Assembly: GCA_913043225.1 (NCBI GenBank)
Contig: CAJWLU010000003.1
Span: 64,001 to 128,000 of the forward strand
DNA length: 64,000 nucleotides
Reading direction: 5' to 3'
From: an uncultured Acidobacteriota bacterium
Lineage (GTDB): Bacteria > Acidobacteriota > Vicinamibacteria > Vicinamibacterales > UBA8438
Of the stretch, positions 18,587 through 29,232 are shown one piece after another. The notes under the pieces were generated by a model. The model saw only the letters and a program-made list of their open reading frames with translations, searched no databases and had not been told where the DNA came from. How positions within the stretch are numbered: the first letter of the stretch is position 1; the number at the start of each line of letters is the position of its first letter. The translations under genes were made by a program, and so were the position numbers.

Positions 18587-19672
18587 ATGTCGCTCGATCA
18601 CTACGTTACGCTAGGCCGTTCAGGTCTTCGGGTAAGCCAGTTTTGTCTCGGTGCCATGACCTTCGGCGAAGACTGGGGCTGGGGCTCCAGCGTCGACGAT
18701 TCCGAGGCCATCCTGACCCGGTTCGTTGATGCCGGAGGCAACTTCATTGACACTGCCAACGCCTACACCAAGGGACATTCGGAGCGGATCATCGGCGACT
18801 ACATCCGAAGCCGCGACGTGCGACGCGACCAGCTGGTGATCGCGACCAAGTTCTTTGCCAACCTCTATCCGTCGGATCCGAACGGTGGCGGCGCGAACCG
18901 GAAGTCGGTGGTGGCCGCCTGCGAGCAGTCCCTTCGACGTCTTCAGACTGACTACATTGATCTGTACTGGATGCACCTGTGGGATCGCTTCACGCCGATC
19001 GAAGAGACGATGCGTGCACTCGACGATCTCGTGGCGGCGGGCAAAGTGCGCTATGTCGGTTTCTCTGACACGCCTGCCTGGAAGGTAGCGCAGGCGCAGG
19101 TCACCGCAAGCTTCCGCGGTTGGGCACCGTTGGTGGCGCTGCAGATCGAGTACTCGTTGATCGAACGCACCGTCGAGGGCGAGCTGATTCCGATGGCCCA
19201 GGAGCTCGGCCTGGGCGTCACGCCGTGGTCGCCGCTCCGCGGTGGCGTGTTGTCGGGCAAGTACACACGTGAGAACAAAGATACGGTCGACCCCGGTCGC
19301 GGCGAGCGGGTGAGGATGTTCCTGACCGAGCGCACGTTTGGGATCATCGACGAGCTGATCCGGATTGCGGGCGAGCTCGGCACCAATCCGGCAGCGGTGG
19401 CGCTGGCGTGGGTACAGTCGCGCCCGGGCGTCGATGCCACCATCATCGGGGCGCGGACGCTGTCTCAGCTGGAAGGCAACCTGGCGGGTTTGGAGGTGAC
19501 GCTCGACGAGACCCAGGTTGTGGCGCTCGACGATGCTTCGACGCCGACTCACAGCTTCCCCACGCCGTTTCTGCAGATGGCGCCGACCATCATGCACGCG
19601 GGCGCTACGGTCGACGGCGTGCCGTCGGAACCGTGGCCGATGGCGCCCAACAACGACGAGGAGCGGTACTAG
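18587..19672 (+). CDS. Aldo/keto reductase
   Basis: GRSGLRVS, DTANAY, ATK, SLRRLQTDYIDLY, WSPL; GGAGG RBS. Confidence 0.93.
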   Translation: MSLDHYVTLGRSGLRVSQFCLGAMTFGEDWGWGSSVDDSEAILTRFVDAGGNFIDTANAYTKGHSERIIGDYIRSRDVRRDQLVIATKFFANLYPSDPNGGGANRKSVVAACEQSLRRLQTDYIDLYWMHLWDRFTPIEETMRALDDLVAAGKVRYVGFSDTPAWKVAQAQVTASFRGWAPLVALQIEYSLIERTVEGELIPMAQELGLGVTPWSPLRGGVLSGKYTRENKDTVDPGRGERVRMFLTERTFGIIDELIRIAGELGTNPAAVALAWVQSRPGVDATIIGARTLSQLEGNLAGLEVTLDETQVVALDDASTPTHSFPTPFLQMAPTIMHAGATVDGVPSEPWPMAPNNDEERY

Positions 19673-19674
19673 TG

Positions 19675-21252
19675 TTAGGGCTGGTCGGTGGCGCCGAGCG
19701 GGACGTCGCGCAGTCGTTCCTGCACGGTGCCCGCGATTCCGAGACTGGTGTCGGCGCCGAGCCGCGCCAGCAACTCAGCGGTTTCCGGCCAGCTCTGGAA
19801 CTGGAACGACTGCTTGGCTCCCTCCGCCATTCGGTAGGCGGTGCGGCCGCGGAAGTCGCGGGCATCGATGTCGGCACCCTGAGCGACGAGATACTCTACG
19901 ACCTCATTCAGACCACGGAAGGTCGCGCCGTGTAACGCCGTAAAGTCGGCCTCGTTGGTGGCGTTGACGTCCGCCCCCGCCTCTAGCAGGAACGCCACGG
20001 CCGCCTCAGCACTACGCGCCCGCACCCCGCGTGGTTCGCGCGGCGTGTAGGTCGCCTTGCCCAGTCCGGCTGCCGCCATCAACGGGGTGGTGCCGTCGTC
20101 AGTGGCCAGGGTGAGATTGGCGCCGCCGTCAATCAGGGCCTGCAGCACCTCGACGCTGCTCGACTGGAAGCTTGGGATCACGCTGTAGATCAGGCTGGGG
20201 GCGCCATTCATCTCGAAGGCGGCGACCCAGAGCGGCGTGGCGCCGCGCAGATCACCGGTACCCGGAGCAAACGGTTCAAAGGCGCCCTTCTTGGGATAGC
20301 CGATGTAGAACATCAGCATCGCCGAACTCGTGATCCGCGCGTTCGGCTCGGCGCCCCGGGAGAGCAGATCCTGGACGAGGCCAAGCCGGGCGTCGGCGCG
20401 AAGCCGACCGCCTCCGATCGGGCCGTGGCGCCGGGTCCACTCTGAGACCCAGGTCGACACCGAGCCGGCGGCTGCGTGGAGGGCGCTGAAGCCGCCCATC
20501 CAGCTGTTCGCGTCGGCGCCCTCTTCGAGCAGGAAGTGCGCGAATGGCGCTCGGCCTGCTGCGATGGCGAATGCCAGGGCGTGAGTGCCGTCCCCGCTGG
20601 GGGTGTTGACGTCGACGCCTGCCTCGAGGAGCGCTCGACCCATCTCGATGTCACCGGTGCGCGCGGCGAACATCAACGGTGTGAAGCCGGGGTTCGCCTC
20701 GATCGTGGGATCGGCGCCGCGCGCTAGCAGCAGACGCACGATCTTATGGTGGGGTGCCGCCAGCGCCCACATCAGCGCGGTGCTGTTGGTGTCGCGCGTT
20801 ACCGCGTTCACCTGCGCCCGGTGGTCGAGCAGCAGCTGGACTAGCTCGACGTTGCCGGTGTGGGAGGCGGTCATCAGCGGCGTCAGTCCGCTGGTTTGCA
20901 CCGCGGCTGCGTTGGCCCCGGCGTTGAGGAGCGTCGTGGCCATGGCCACGCTCGCGTTCTCGGCGGCCCGCTCCAGCGGGGTCACCCCGTGGTCGTCGGC
21001 CAGGTTTGGGTCGGCTCCGGCCGCCAGCAGGCCAGCTGCCGCGTCGAGAGCGTTCCAGTGTGCAGCCCAGAGCAACCCTGTAGTGCCGTCGGCGCGAGCG
21101 ACGTCGGGGTTGCCCCCCTCGTCGAGCAACGTCTGCACCTCGGCCCATTGCTGGTCGGCGGCAAACTGGACGAGGGCGGGGGTCTGGGCCGTCACCGGCG
21201 TGGCGACCGTGACGACGGCGAGCGAGAGAAGCGCGGAAAGCAGGCGAGGCAT
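19675..21252 (-). CDS. Secreted ankyrin-repeat protein
   Basis: Signal peptide (VTAQ); many GxTPL/TALxxAA...GADxN repeats; divergent from cassette copy 2. Confidence 0.92.
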   Translation of the reverse strand: MPRLLSALLSLAVVTVATPVTAQTPALVQFAADQQWAEVQTLLDEGGNPDVARADGTTGLLWAAHWNALDAAAGLLAAGADPNLADDHGVTPLERAAENASVAMATTLLNAGANAAAVQTSGLTPLMTASHTGNVELVQLLLDHRAQVNAVTRDTNSTALMWALAAPHHKIVRLLLARGADPTIEANPGFTPLMFAARTGDIEMGRALLEAGVDVNTPSGDGTHALAFAIAAGRAPFAHFLLEEGADANSWMGGFSALHAAAGSVSTWVSEWTRRHGPIGGGRLRADARLGLVQDLLSRGAEPNARITSSAMLMFYIGYPKKGAFEPFAPGTGDLRGATPLWVAAFEMNGAPSLIYSVIPSFQSSSVEVLQALIDGGANLTLATDDGTTPLMAAAGLGKATYTPREPRGVRARSAEAAVAFLLEAGADVNATNEADFTALHGATFRGLNEVVEYLVAQGADIDARDFRGRTAYRMAEGAKQSFQFQSWPETAELLARLGADTSLGIAGTVQERLRDVPLGATDQP

Positions 21253-21378
21253 GGGTCCCTCGTTATTGGTTGGAGCTTCCGGCACTATAGCGCAGACTTG
21301 CCGTGGGGGGCACGCTGATCGGCAGGAGCTGAGGTAACATACGCGAGCTACCTCGTCAATCTAGGGATAGGGAGCGCG

Positions 21379-23739
21379 ATGCAGCTGGTATGGCGAACGG
21401 CCGTGCGAAGCGTCTGGACGTTGGGTGTGGCGGTATGTGTCCTCGCCGCCGTCGCACCGGCGCGGGCGCAGCTGGCGACCTCCGACGGCCAGGGGTTGGT
21501 CCAGGACTACTGCGTACGCTGCCACAATGATCGCCGACTCACGGGCGGACTGTCGCTCGAGGGGGTTCAGGCGGACGATCCAACCGCGCACGCGGAGATT
21601 TGGGAGAAGGTCCTCCGGAAGCTGCAGGCCCGCTCCATGCCGCCGGTCGGATCGCCTCGTCCAGACGAGGTTGTTTACGCCCAGGTGATCCGTGCGCTGG
21701 AGCTCGCGATCGATCGCGAGGCGGATGCCACCCCGCGCCCAGGTCGAACGGCCTCTTTCCATCGACTCAGTCGCACCGAGTATCAGCACGCCGTCCGCGA
21801 TCTGCTAGATCTCGAGGTGGACGTGGGTGGCTGGTTGCCGGGAGACGACGCAGCCTATGGCTTCGACAACAACGGCGACGTGCTGTCGATGTCGCCCGTG
21901 CTGCTCGATGCGTATCTCACGGCGGCAAGCCGGATCAGCCGTCTGGCCGTCGGCGATATGTCGGCCGGCGCCGATGTGGCCAGCTATCGGTTCTCGAAGT
22001 CGCTCCTGCAAGAAAACCGGATCGAGGGGCTGCCGTTCGGTTCGCGTGGTGGGGGTGCCGTGCGCCATTACTTCCCGCTGAACGGGGAGTATGTGCTGAA
22101 ACTCGATCTGGCCGGTCCGAGGACGCAGTCCGAGACCATCGAGATTCGCCTCGACGGCGTCAAAGTCGGCGAGGTTGCCTCCAACGCTCGCCCACCCTTT
22201 GGTGGCGAGGCGATAGGCACTCAGGTGCGGATCCAGGTCGAGGCGGGCGCGCATACTCTCGGTGTCGTTTTCCTCAAGAGAATGCTCGCCCCCGAGGGCC
22301 GCTTCCCCGCCTACTTCCCGTGGGCCAACAGTGCGGTCTTCTCGACCACTTTTGGAGCCAAGACGTATCTCCATCTGGACGGGATCGAGATCACGGGGCC
22401 GTTTGAGCCGACCGGTCTCGGCGATACACCGAGTCGTCGCCGCATCTTCAGCTGTCGGCCCGGAGGCGACGTTCAAGCCGAGGTGTGCGCCCGCAGCATC
22501 TTCGAGCGGCTGGCCCGCCGCGCCTACCGACGCCCAGCGACTGAGGACGACCTCGAGGTGCTGCTCAGCTTCTACCGCGACGGGCGCGCCGAGGGCGGGA
22601 GCTTCGACGATGGCGTCCGTGTTGCCCTCAGCCGTCTTCTGGTCGACCCCGACTTCTTGTATCGGGCCGAGCTGGATCCGCCGGGCGTCACCCTGCCGTA
22701 TCGGTTGTCCGATCTAGAGCTGGCATCCCGGCTGTCGTTCTTCCTGTGGAGCAGCCTGCCGGACGACGAGCTGCTCTCAGTGGCTGAAGAGGGACGGCTG
22801 TCGTCGCCTGCGGAGTTGGCAACTCAGGTACGACGGATGCTGGCAGACGAACGGGCCACGGCACTCGTCTCCGATTTCGCCGCACAGTGGCTATTTCTGC
22901 GCAATCTGCGGATGGTCTCACCGGACCAGTTCCAGTTCCCGGAGTGGGACGACGACCTCCGGGCGGCGATGGCGCGTGAGACTGAGCTCTTCCTCGATCA
23001 CCAGAGACGCGAGAATCGTCCGGTGGCCGAGCTGCTGATCGCCGACTACACGTTCGTCAATGAGCGCCTGGCTCGCCACTACGGGCTCGACGACATCTAC
23101 GGCACGCAGTTCCGACAGGTGGAGCTCTCGAACCCGCGACGAGCTGGCCTGCTCGGGCACGCGAGCATCCTGACGGTAACGTCGATGCCGAATCGCACGT
23201 CGCCGGTGCTCAGGGGGAAGTGGTTGCTCGAGAATCTGCTGGGCATGCCGCCGCCCGCGCCGCCGCCTGACATACCCGAGCTGCCAGAGAACGAGCGGGG
23301 CGACGCGCCACGTTCGATTCGCGAGCGGCTCGAGCAGCATCGCGAGAACCCGGTCTGCGCGAGCTGCCACGCCACGATGGATCCGCTGGGCTTCGCGTTG
23401 GAGCCGTTCGACGCCATCGGACGTTGGCGCACGCGCGATGATGGTCTGCCGGTGGATGCGCGCGGCGCACTGGTCGATGGCACGGAGATTGACGGCCCTC
23501 GTGGACTGCGCGAGATGCTCGTCACCCGACAGGACGAGTTCGTGCGGACGTTCATCGAGAAGCTGATGACCTTCGCGCTCGGTCGTGGCGTCGAGTACTA
23601 CGACATGCCGGCCGTCCGGAAGATCCTGCGCGAGACCGCCGATCAGGGTCACACGTGGGAGTCGGTGATTCTCGGCATCGCGAACAGCGTACCGTTCAAG
23701 ATGCGGGAGCGACGCGACGGTGCCATCCCGGTCAACTGA
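21379..23739 (+). CDS. Diheme DUF1587/1595/1592/1588/1585 protein, cassette copy 2
   Basis: Signal peptide; CVRCH...MPP; RLSRTEY; ELASRLSFFLWSS; CASCH. Confidence 0.92.
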   Translation: MQLVWRTAVRSVWTLGVAVCVLAAVAPARAQLATSDGQGLVQDYCVRCHNDRRLTGGLSLEGVQADDPTAHAEIWEKVLRKLQARSMPPVGSPRPDEVVYAQVIRALELAIDREADATPRPGRTASFHRLSRTEYQHAVRDLLDLEVDVGGWLPGDDAAYGFDNNGDVLSMSPVLLDAYLTAASRISRLAVGDMSAGADVASYRFSKSLLQENRIEGLPFGSRGGGAVRHYFPLNGEYVLKLDLAGPRTQSETIEIRLDGVKVGEVASNARPPFGGEAIGTQVRIQVEAGAHTLGVVFLKRMLAPEGRFPAYFPWANSAVFSTTFGAKTYLHLDGIEITGPFEPTGLGDTPSRRRIFSCRPGGDVQAEVCARSIFERLARRAYRRPATEDDLEVLLSFYRDGRAEGGSFDDGVRVALSRLLVDPDFLYRAELDPPGVTLPYRLSDLELASRLSFFLWSSLPDDELLSVAEEGRLSSPAELATQVRRMLADERATALVSDFAAQWLFLRNLRMVSPDQFQFPEWDDDLRAAMARETELFLDHQRRENRPVAELLIADYTFVNERLARHYGLDDIYGTQFRQVELSNPRRAGLLGHASILTVTSMPNRTSPVLRGKWLLENLLGMPPPAPPPDIPELPENERGDAPRSIRERLEQHRENPVCASCHATMDPLGFALEPFDAIGRWRTRDDGLPVDARGALVDGTEIDGPRGLREMLVTRQDEFVRTFIEKLMTFALGRGVEYYDMPAVRKILRETADQGHTWESVILGIANSVPFKMRERRDGAIPVN

Positions 23740-23785
23740 CCGGAGCGAGTGAACATCAAGGGTCGGGTAGCTACAGGAGTCCCTC

Positions 23786-25138
23786 ATGTACATCACTAGC
23801 AAGGCGTTGCCACGACGCACGGTGCTCCGTGGCCTGGGCGCCACCATCGGGTTGCCGCTCCTCAACAGCATGGTGCCGGCGATGACCGCTCTGGCGCGGA
23901 CCGCCGCCGATCCGGTCAGGCGTTTCGCGACCGTGTATGTCGGTAATGGCGCCGCGGTTGGCTATTTCACCCCCGAGCAGGAGGGGGCTGGCTACGAGCT
24001 GACACCGATTCTTGAGCCGTTGGCACCGATGCGCGATCGGGCGCTGGTGCTCACCGGCATCGACAATCCACCCGCACTAGCCCTCGAGGGCGAGCCACGT
24101 GGTGGACATGGCCGGATCCCGTCTGCGTTCATGAGCGGCATTCACGCCAAGCCCACCATCGGCGCCGACTATCAGTCCGGCATCACGATCGATCAGATCG
24201 CTGCCAACCATCTTGGAGACGACACCCAGCTGCGGTCTCTCGAGCTGTCCATGGACTCGCCGGAGTTTGGCGGGACCTGCGACACGGGTTTTGCCTGCGT
24301 CTACACCAACACGCTGTCCTGGCGCGGACCGACCACGCCGCAGCCGATGCAGAACAACCCGCGGCTGGTGTTCGAGCGCATGTTCGGCGAGGGTGGGACC
24401 ACCGATCCTGCCGTGCGCCTGGCCCGCTGGCGGCAGCGGGCCAGCATTCTCGACTCGGTGCGAGACAAGGTCGACGGGTTGGGAGGCACCCTGGATCCGG
24501 AGGACCGAGCCAAGCTCGACGAGTATCTCGAGGCGATTCGCAACATTGAGCGGCGCATCCAACTGGCCGAGGAGCAGAGCGACCGGGAGATTCCCGAGGT
24601 GATCCAGCCGGCCGGGGTGCCTGCGACTTTTGCCGAGCACGCGGAGCTGATGTTTGATCTTCAGGTGCTGGCCTTCCAGGCCGACCTCACGCGCGTTACC
24701 ACGTTCATGCTCGCTCGCGAGCTGAGCGGCCGCGCCTACCCCGAGATCGGGGTATCTGAGGGCTTCCATGCCATTTCGCATCACGGCAACAACCCGGAGA
24801 AGATCGCTGACCAGGCCAAGATCAACGCCTATCACACGGCTAAGGTCGTCTACTTCCTTGAGCGGCTGCAGTCGGTGCCTGACGGCGACGGGACGCTACT
24901 TGACAACAGTCTGGTGCTGTTCGGCAGCGGGATGGGAAACAGCAACGAGCACGATCCACGTCAGCTTCCGCTAGTCCTGGCCGGCGGGGTGGGCGGTCGT
25001 CTGAAGGGTGGACGCCACATTCGCTATCCGTCGGGTACGAGGCTGACCAACCTGCACATGACGTTGCTCGCCAAGCTCGGCGTCCCGGTCGAGTCGATCG
25101 GCGACAGTACCGGCCATCTCGAGGTGGGTCTGCTGTGA
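23786..25138 (+). CDS. DUF1552 (HxxSHH) Tat protein, cassette copy 2
   Basis: LPRRTVLRG; CDTGFAC; HAISHH; GDSTG; AGGAG RBS. Confidence 0.92.
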   Translation: MYITSKALPRRTVLRGLGATIGLPLLNSMVPAMTALARTAADPVRRFATVYVGNGAAVGYFTPEQEGAGYELTPILEPLAPMRDRALVLTGIDNPPALALEGEPRGGHGRIPSAFMSGIHAKPTIGADYQSGITIDQIAANHLGDDTQLRSLELSMDSPEFGGTCDTGFACVYTNTLSWRGPTTPQPMQNNPRLVFERMFGEGGTTDPAVRLARWRQRASILDSVRDKVDGLGGTLDPEDRAKLDEYLEAIRNIERRIQLAEEQSDREIPEVIQPAGVPATFAEHAELMFDLQVLAFQADLTRVTTFMLARELSGRAYPEIGVSEGFHAISHHGNNPEKIADQAKINAYHTAKVVYFLERLQSVPDGDGTLLDNSLVLFGSGMGNSNEHDPRQLPLVLAGGVGGRLKGGRHIRYPSGTRLTNLHMTLLAKLGVPVESIGDSTGHLEVGLL

Positions 25139-26679
25139 GCCGTCTGCGCACGAGACTGATCGCGTTGGCGTTGGCCGGGGTCGGTCTAGCCTCGGGTGCG
25201 CGAGCGGCCGTCGACGCGCCACTGGTCGAGGCAGCTTCTCGCGGCGACGCGGGGGCGGTCCGAGTGCTGCTCGACGAGGGAGCGGATCCGGACGAACGCC
25301 AGGGTGATGGCGCCACGGCGTTGCATTGGGCCGTCCACCGGGGCGATGTCTCGATGGTTGAGACGCTTCTGGCGACCGGCGCCACAGTAGACGCCGTCAA
25401 CGAGCTGGAGGTGACGCCGCTGCTCCTCGCCGCGTCGAACGGGCAGGTCGCGGTGGTTGATCGACTACTGGCTGCCGGCGCAGACCCGGAGGGTGGCATA
25501 ACAGACCGCGAGCGTCCCCTCATGCGCGCGGCGTGGGTCGGTAGCACGGCCGTGGTGCGGGCGCTGCTCGACGCTGGCGCCGATCCGAACGGGATGGAGC
25601 CGGCGCGTCAGCAGACTGCGCTCATGTGGGCCGTATCCGAGCGCCATCCCGACGTGGTCCAGCTCCTGCTCGATCGTGGCGCGGACGTCGCCGCTGCCAC
25701 GGTGACGCATCGGACTGGGCGGGCGGCCACACGTGACATCGTAGGCTACACGCCGTTGCTCTTCGCGGCGCGCGTAGGCGATGCCGAGTCACTAAGGCTA
25801 CTGATCGATTTCGGGGCGGATCCCAACGCCGCGTCGAGCGACGGGATGAGCGCGCTGATTCTGGCCACCGTGCGCGGTTATCCGGATGTTGCCATGCAGC
25901 TTCTCGACGCCGGCGCCGATCCGAACGCGGCGGATCCTGGCTATTCGGCTCTGCACTGGGCGGCAGGCTGGTGGGAGACCACACTCACCACCACCGACTT
26001 CCGTCCGGACCGCGAAGGCAACGACGAGTGGAACAGCCTGCCCGGGTTGACCGAAGGGAAGGCCGAGCTGGTCGCGGCGCTCCTGGCTACGGGGGCCGAT
26101 CCGAACTTGCCGATGGAGCGGACGCCACCCAGAGCGGGCGCCACCCGGAATCCCAGCATGCCCGAGCTGCGCGGCGCCACCCCGTATCTGCTGGCCGCCG
26201 CGGCCGGCGACGCGGAGGTGATGCGGCTGCTGGCGGGTGCAGGGGCGGATCTGACGCTGACTACCGACGCCGGCGCTACCCCGTTGATGGCGGCGGCCGG
26301 TTTTGGCCGAATGCTCGGTGAGAACACCGTCGACGAGGAGCGTATTATCGAGGCTGCTCGCCTCGCGCTCGAGCTTGGGGCCGACCTCAGCGCGACCGAC
26401 GAAGTGGAGAACACGGCTTTGCACTACGCGGCGTATCATCGGCTGACGTCACTCGTCGGGCACCTGGTCGAGCAGGGGGCCGTGCTGGGGCAGCGGAATA
26501 AGTTCGGCGAAACGCCGCTTTGGTTGTCTGAGCTCGCGATTCAGTTTTACGGCGGCGGGACATACCAGATCGTGCCCACGGTGACCGGTGATCTCTTGCG
26601 TACCCTAGGCGCCGATCCCACGACGCCGTTCTACGATCGGGCCCGCCCTCGCGACTGGCCCGATCTCCAGCTTCAGTAG
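25135..26679 (+). CDS. Secreted ankyrin-repeat protein, third gene of cassette copy 2
   Basis: GTGA overlap with the DUF1552 stop; signal peptide; multiple ankyrin repeats. Confidence 0.92.
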   Translation: MSRLRTRLIALALAGVGLASGARAAVDAPLVEAASRGDAGAVRVLLDEGADPDERQGDGATALHWAVHRGDVSMVETLLATGATVDAVNELEVTPLLLAASNGQVAVVDRLLAAGADPEGGITDRERPLMRAAWVGSTAVVRALLDAGADPNGMEPARQQTALMWAVSERHPDVVQLLLDRGADVAAATVTHRTGRAATRDIVGYTPLLFAARVGDAESLRLLIDFGADPNAASSDGMSALILATVRGYPDVAMQLLDAGADPNAADPGYSALHWAAGWWETTLTTTDFRPDREGNDEWNSLPGLTEGKAELVAALLATGADPNLPMERTPPRAGATRNPSMPELRGATPYLLAAAAGDAEVMRLLAGAGADLTLTTDAGATPLMAAAGFGRMLGENTVDEERIIEAARLALELGADLSATDEVENTALHYAAYHRLTSLVGHLVEQGAVLGQRNKFGETPLWLSELAIQFYGGGTYQIVPTVTGDLLRTLGADPTTPFYDRARPRDWPDLQLQ

Positions 26680-26688
26680 CTCATCCCG

Positions 26689-27009
26689 ATGAGTCTCGTG
26701 CGTCCCTTGCTGCACGGCGTGCTGCATGTGGCCGCGCCAGTCGTCCTGGCCTTTGTCGCGTGGCGCTCGACCTGGCGTCGGGCCGCCGCAATCATGCTGA
26801 CCACGCTCCTGGTCGATCTCGACCACTTGCTGGCCGATCCCATCTACGATTCGGACCGCTGCAGCATCGGGACCCACCTGCTGCACACTCCTCTGCCGAT
26901 CGTTGTCTATGTCCTGCTGGCCAGCTGGCCGAAGACCCGTCTGGTCGGGGTCGGGCTGTTGCTTCATATGCTGCTCGACGGTGTTGACTGTTGGTGGGTG
27001 GGGCACTGA
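26689..27009 (+). CDS. Small membrane protein, DUF6122-like
   Basis: VDLDHLLADPIYDSDRCSIGTHLLH motif; hydrophobic. Confidence 0.75.
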   Translation: MSLVRPLLHGVLHVAAPVVLAFVAWRSTWRRAAAIMLTTLLVDLDHLLADPIYDSDRCSIGTHLLHTPLPIVVYVLLASWPKTRLVGVGLLLHMLLDGVDCWWVGH

Positions 27010-27111
27010 GCCGCCCGCCCCTGCCCGTTCGGCACCGCTGACCGAGGGTGCCAGCCGGGGAGAGTGTCCACGATCGGTTGACACCGGTCGCCGCTGCGCG
27101 AGAGCCTTCCG

Positions 27112-28482
27112 ATGGCCGTGGACCAGACATCTCACGTCTCGCCGCTCACTCTTCCCCGGTTCGCGCGGTTCTACGCCCCGCTGGCGGCTACCAGTCTGCT
27201 GCTGACGTTGACCAACCCGCTGCTGGCGAGCGCGCTCTCGCGCAACGTGAATCCGGCCATCGCTCTCGCCGGGTTTGGCGTCGCCTTCTCGTTGTGCGGC
27301 GTCCTCTACAGTCCATTACTGGTAGGGCAGCAGGTGGCCGCGACGCGCCTTCTCGACGGGCACCGGTTTGGTCCGGTCTTGGCGTTCTGGGTTCGGATTG
27401 GCGCACTGCTGTCGGTCGTGACACTGTTGATCGGAACGACCCGCTTGGGCGATTGGGTGCTCGGCGGCCTAATCGGCGTTTCGGGCGACGTCTTCGAGGA
27501 GGCCAGCACCGCGCTCCTGCTGCTGTCGCCGGTCCCAGTGTTGACGGCGGTCCGGGCGGCTCACCAGGGACGATTGGTGGCCGGGCATCGGACCCAGCCG
27601 ATTGCGGCGGCGACCGGAGTCCGTACCGCGGTCCTGGCGTTGGTGGCGGTCTCGCTGACCCTGCTCACATCGGGTGGGGCCTGGGTGGGTGGCGCGGCGT
27701 TCTCGGTGGGGCTGTTGGTCGAGACGGTGCTGGTGGTATTGGCCCGGTCCGGGGTTGGTGCTCCGGCCGGTCCGGTGGCTTCCGAAGAGGGAGCCCTAGG
27801 GGTGAGCGAAGCGAGGCTACTCCGTTTTTCGACGCCGCTCGCGGTGAACACCCTACTCTGGTGGAGCACGCCGCTCCTGATCAACAGCGTGCTCGCACGT
27901 TCTCCGTTCCCGGCTGAGGCGATCGCGGCGTTCATCGTGGTCGAAGCGGTGGCTTGGTTTCTGGTGGCTCCGGTGGGCCAACTGCAGCACGTGGGCATCG
28001 CGCTCGTCGACTGTAAGCCGGCCCACCGTGCCGTGCAGATGTGGTCCCTTGCCCTGGCGATGGGGGTCGCGCTGCTGATTGCGGTGATCTCTACGCCTCC
28101 GGTGCGGCGCACCCTGCTCGGGGCGGTGTTTGGCCTCGACGCCGGCCTGCTCGGTGACATCGGGGCGGCGTTGCCGTTTGCCGTGGCCTATCCGCTACTC
28201 TACGCCCACCGGCAGTACTACCAGGGGCTCTTCACCCGCTGCGGGCGCCCCGACGCCGTCGGATGGGGTGGGGCGCTCCGGGTGGTGACGGTCTTCCTGG
28301 TGGCGGTGGCGGCGCTCGGGCCGCTCGGCCACGTGGGAGCCACGCTGGGGGTTTTGGCCGCGGTCGCCGGCCTGGCCCTGGAAGGCGTGTTTCTTGAACG
28401 CACGGCGCGGCGGCAGGTGATGACGGTCCTCCCGGAGTCTGAACCGGCTGTCCGGCAGCCGCTGTCGGAGAGCGTGACATGA
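27112..28482 (+). CDS. Multi-TM MATE/MOP-superfamily (ANKH-like) transporter
   Basis: Two similar halves, each starting RFxxPLA; LAGFGVAFSL; many TM segments. Confidence 0.7.
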   Translation: MAVDQTSHVSPLTLPRFARFYAPLAATSLLLTLTNPLLASALSRNVNPAIALAGFGVAFSLCGVLYSPLLVGQQVAATRLLDGHRFGPVLAFWVRIGALLSVVTLLIGTTRLGDWVLGGLIGVSGDVFEEASTALLLLSPVPVLTAVRAAHQGRLVAGHRTQPIAAATGVRTAVLALVAVSLTLLTSGGAWVGGAAFSVGLLVETVLVVLARSGVGAPAGPVASEEGALGVSEARLLRFSTPLAVNTLLWWSTPLLINSVLARSPFPAEAIAAFIVVEAVAWFLVAPVGQLQHVGIALVDCKPAHRAVQMWSLALAMGVALLIAVISTPPVRRTLLGAVFGLDAGLLGDIGAALPFAVAYPLLYAHRQYYQGLFTRCGRPDAVGWGGALRVVTVFLVAVAALGPLGHVGATLGVLAAVAGLALEGVFLERTARRQVMTVLPESEPAVRQPLSESVT

Positions 28483-29156
28483 AGTTTTCCGAGGCCAGTC
28501 GATCTTGCGGACGACGGTTCATGGCCGTCGTGACCACCATGCTTGCGATCGGATGCGGAGCGCCGGCCTCCGTTCCGCCGACCGACAACACCGTCCAGAG
28601 CCATCTGCCCGACGGCTATGCGCTGCGTCTCGATCGGCCGAATCGCCAGCGCAGCGATTTCGGCGCCTCGTTCGAGGCGGGGCGCCTGGAGATCGAGACC
28701 GGGCCGGCCGGCATCCTCTATGAGCCCGACCGAGAGATCGAAGCGTCGAGTTTCCGAGTGGGGGCGACTTTTACCCAGCTCGCGGCGCCCATGGGGCATC
28801 GGGAGGGGTACGGGTTGTTCGTGGGAGGGCAGGGTCTGGCCGGGCCTGATCAGCGTTACTTGTATTTCCTGGTGCGTGCCGATGGCCGGTATCTCGTGAA
28901 GCGTCGCGACGGGGAGCGCACCACCGAGCTTTCTGGCGGCTGGCAACCGTCAGAGGCGGTCAGTGTGCCAGCCGAGCCGGGGGCCGAGGTCATGAACGAC
29001 CTGGCGGTGGAGGCGACCGATGGACGGCTGCGACTGTTATGCAACGGCGAGACGGTGGCTGAGCTGGCGGTCGAACCGGCCGATGTGACCGGGGTGTTCG
29101 GGGTGCGAGTGAACCACAACCTACGGGTGCGTGTGGACGATTTCGGTACTCGATGA
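28479..29156 (+). CDS. Lipoprotein, probable beta-sandwich (DUF1080/ConA-like), function unknown
   Basis: LAIGC lipobox; EGYGLFVGG, YLYFLVRADGRYLVK; ATGA overlap with the upstream gene. Confidence 0.65.
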   Translation: MKFSEASRSCGRRFMAVVTTMLAIGCGAPASVPPTDNTVQSHLPDGYALRLDRPNRQRSDFGASFEAGRLEIETGPAGILYEPDREIEASSFRVGATFTQLAAPMGHREGYGLFVGGQGLAGPDQRYLYFLVRADGRYLVKRRDGERTTELSGGWQPSEAVSVPAEPGAEVMNDLAVEATDGRLRLLCNGETVAELAVEPADVTGVFGVRVNHNLRVRVDDFGTR

Positions 29157-29232
29157 GTTGCCCGCCTCCCCGGTGTTGCGCCCGGTGGTGGCGGTATACT
29201 GAAACCCGACGGTACAACAGCAGGAGGACGTC

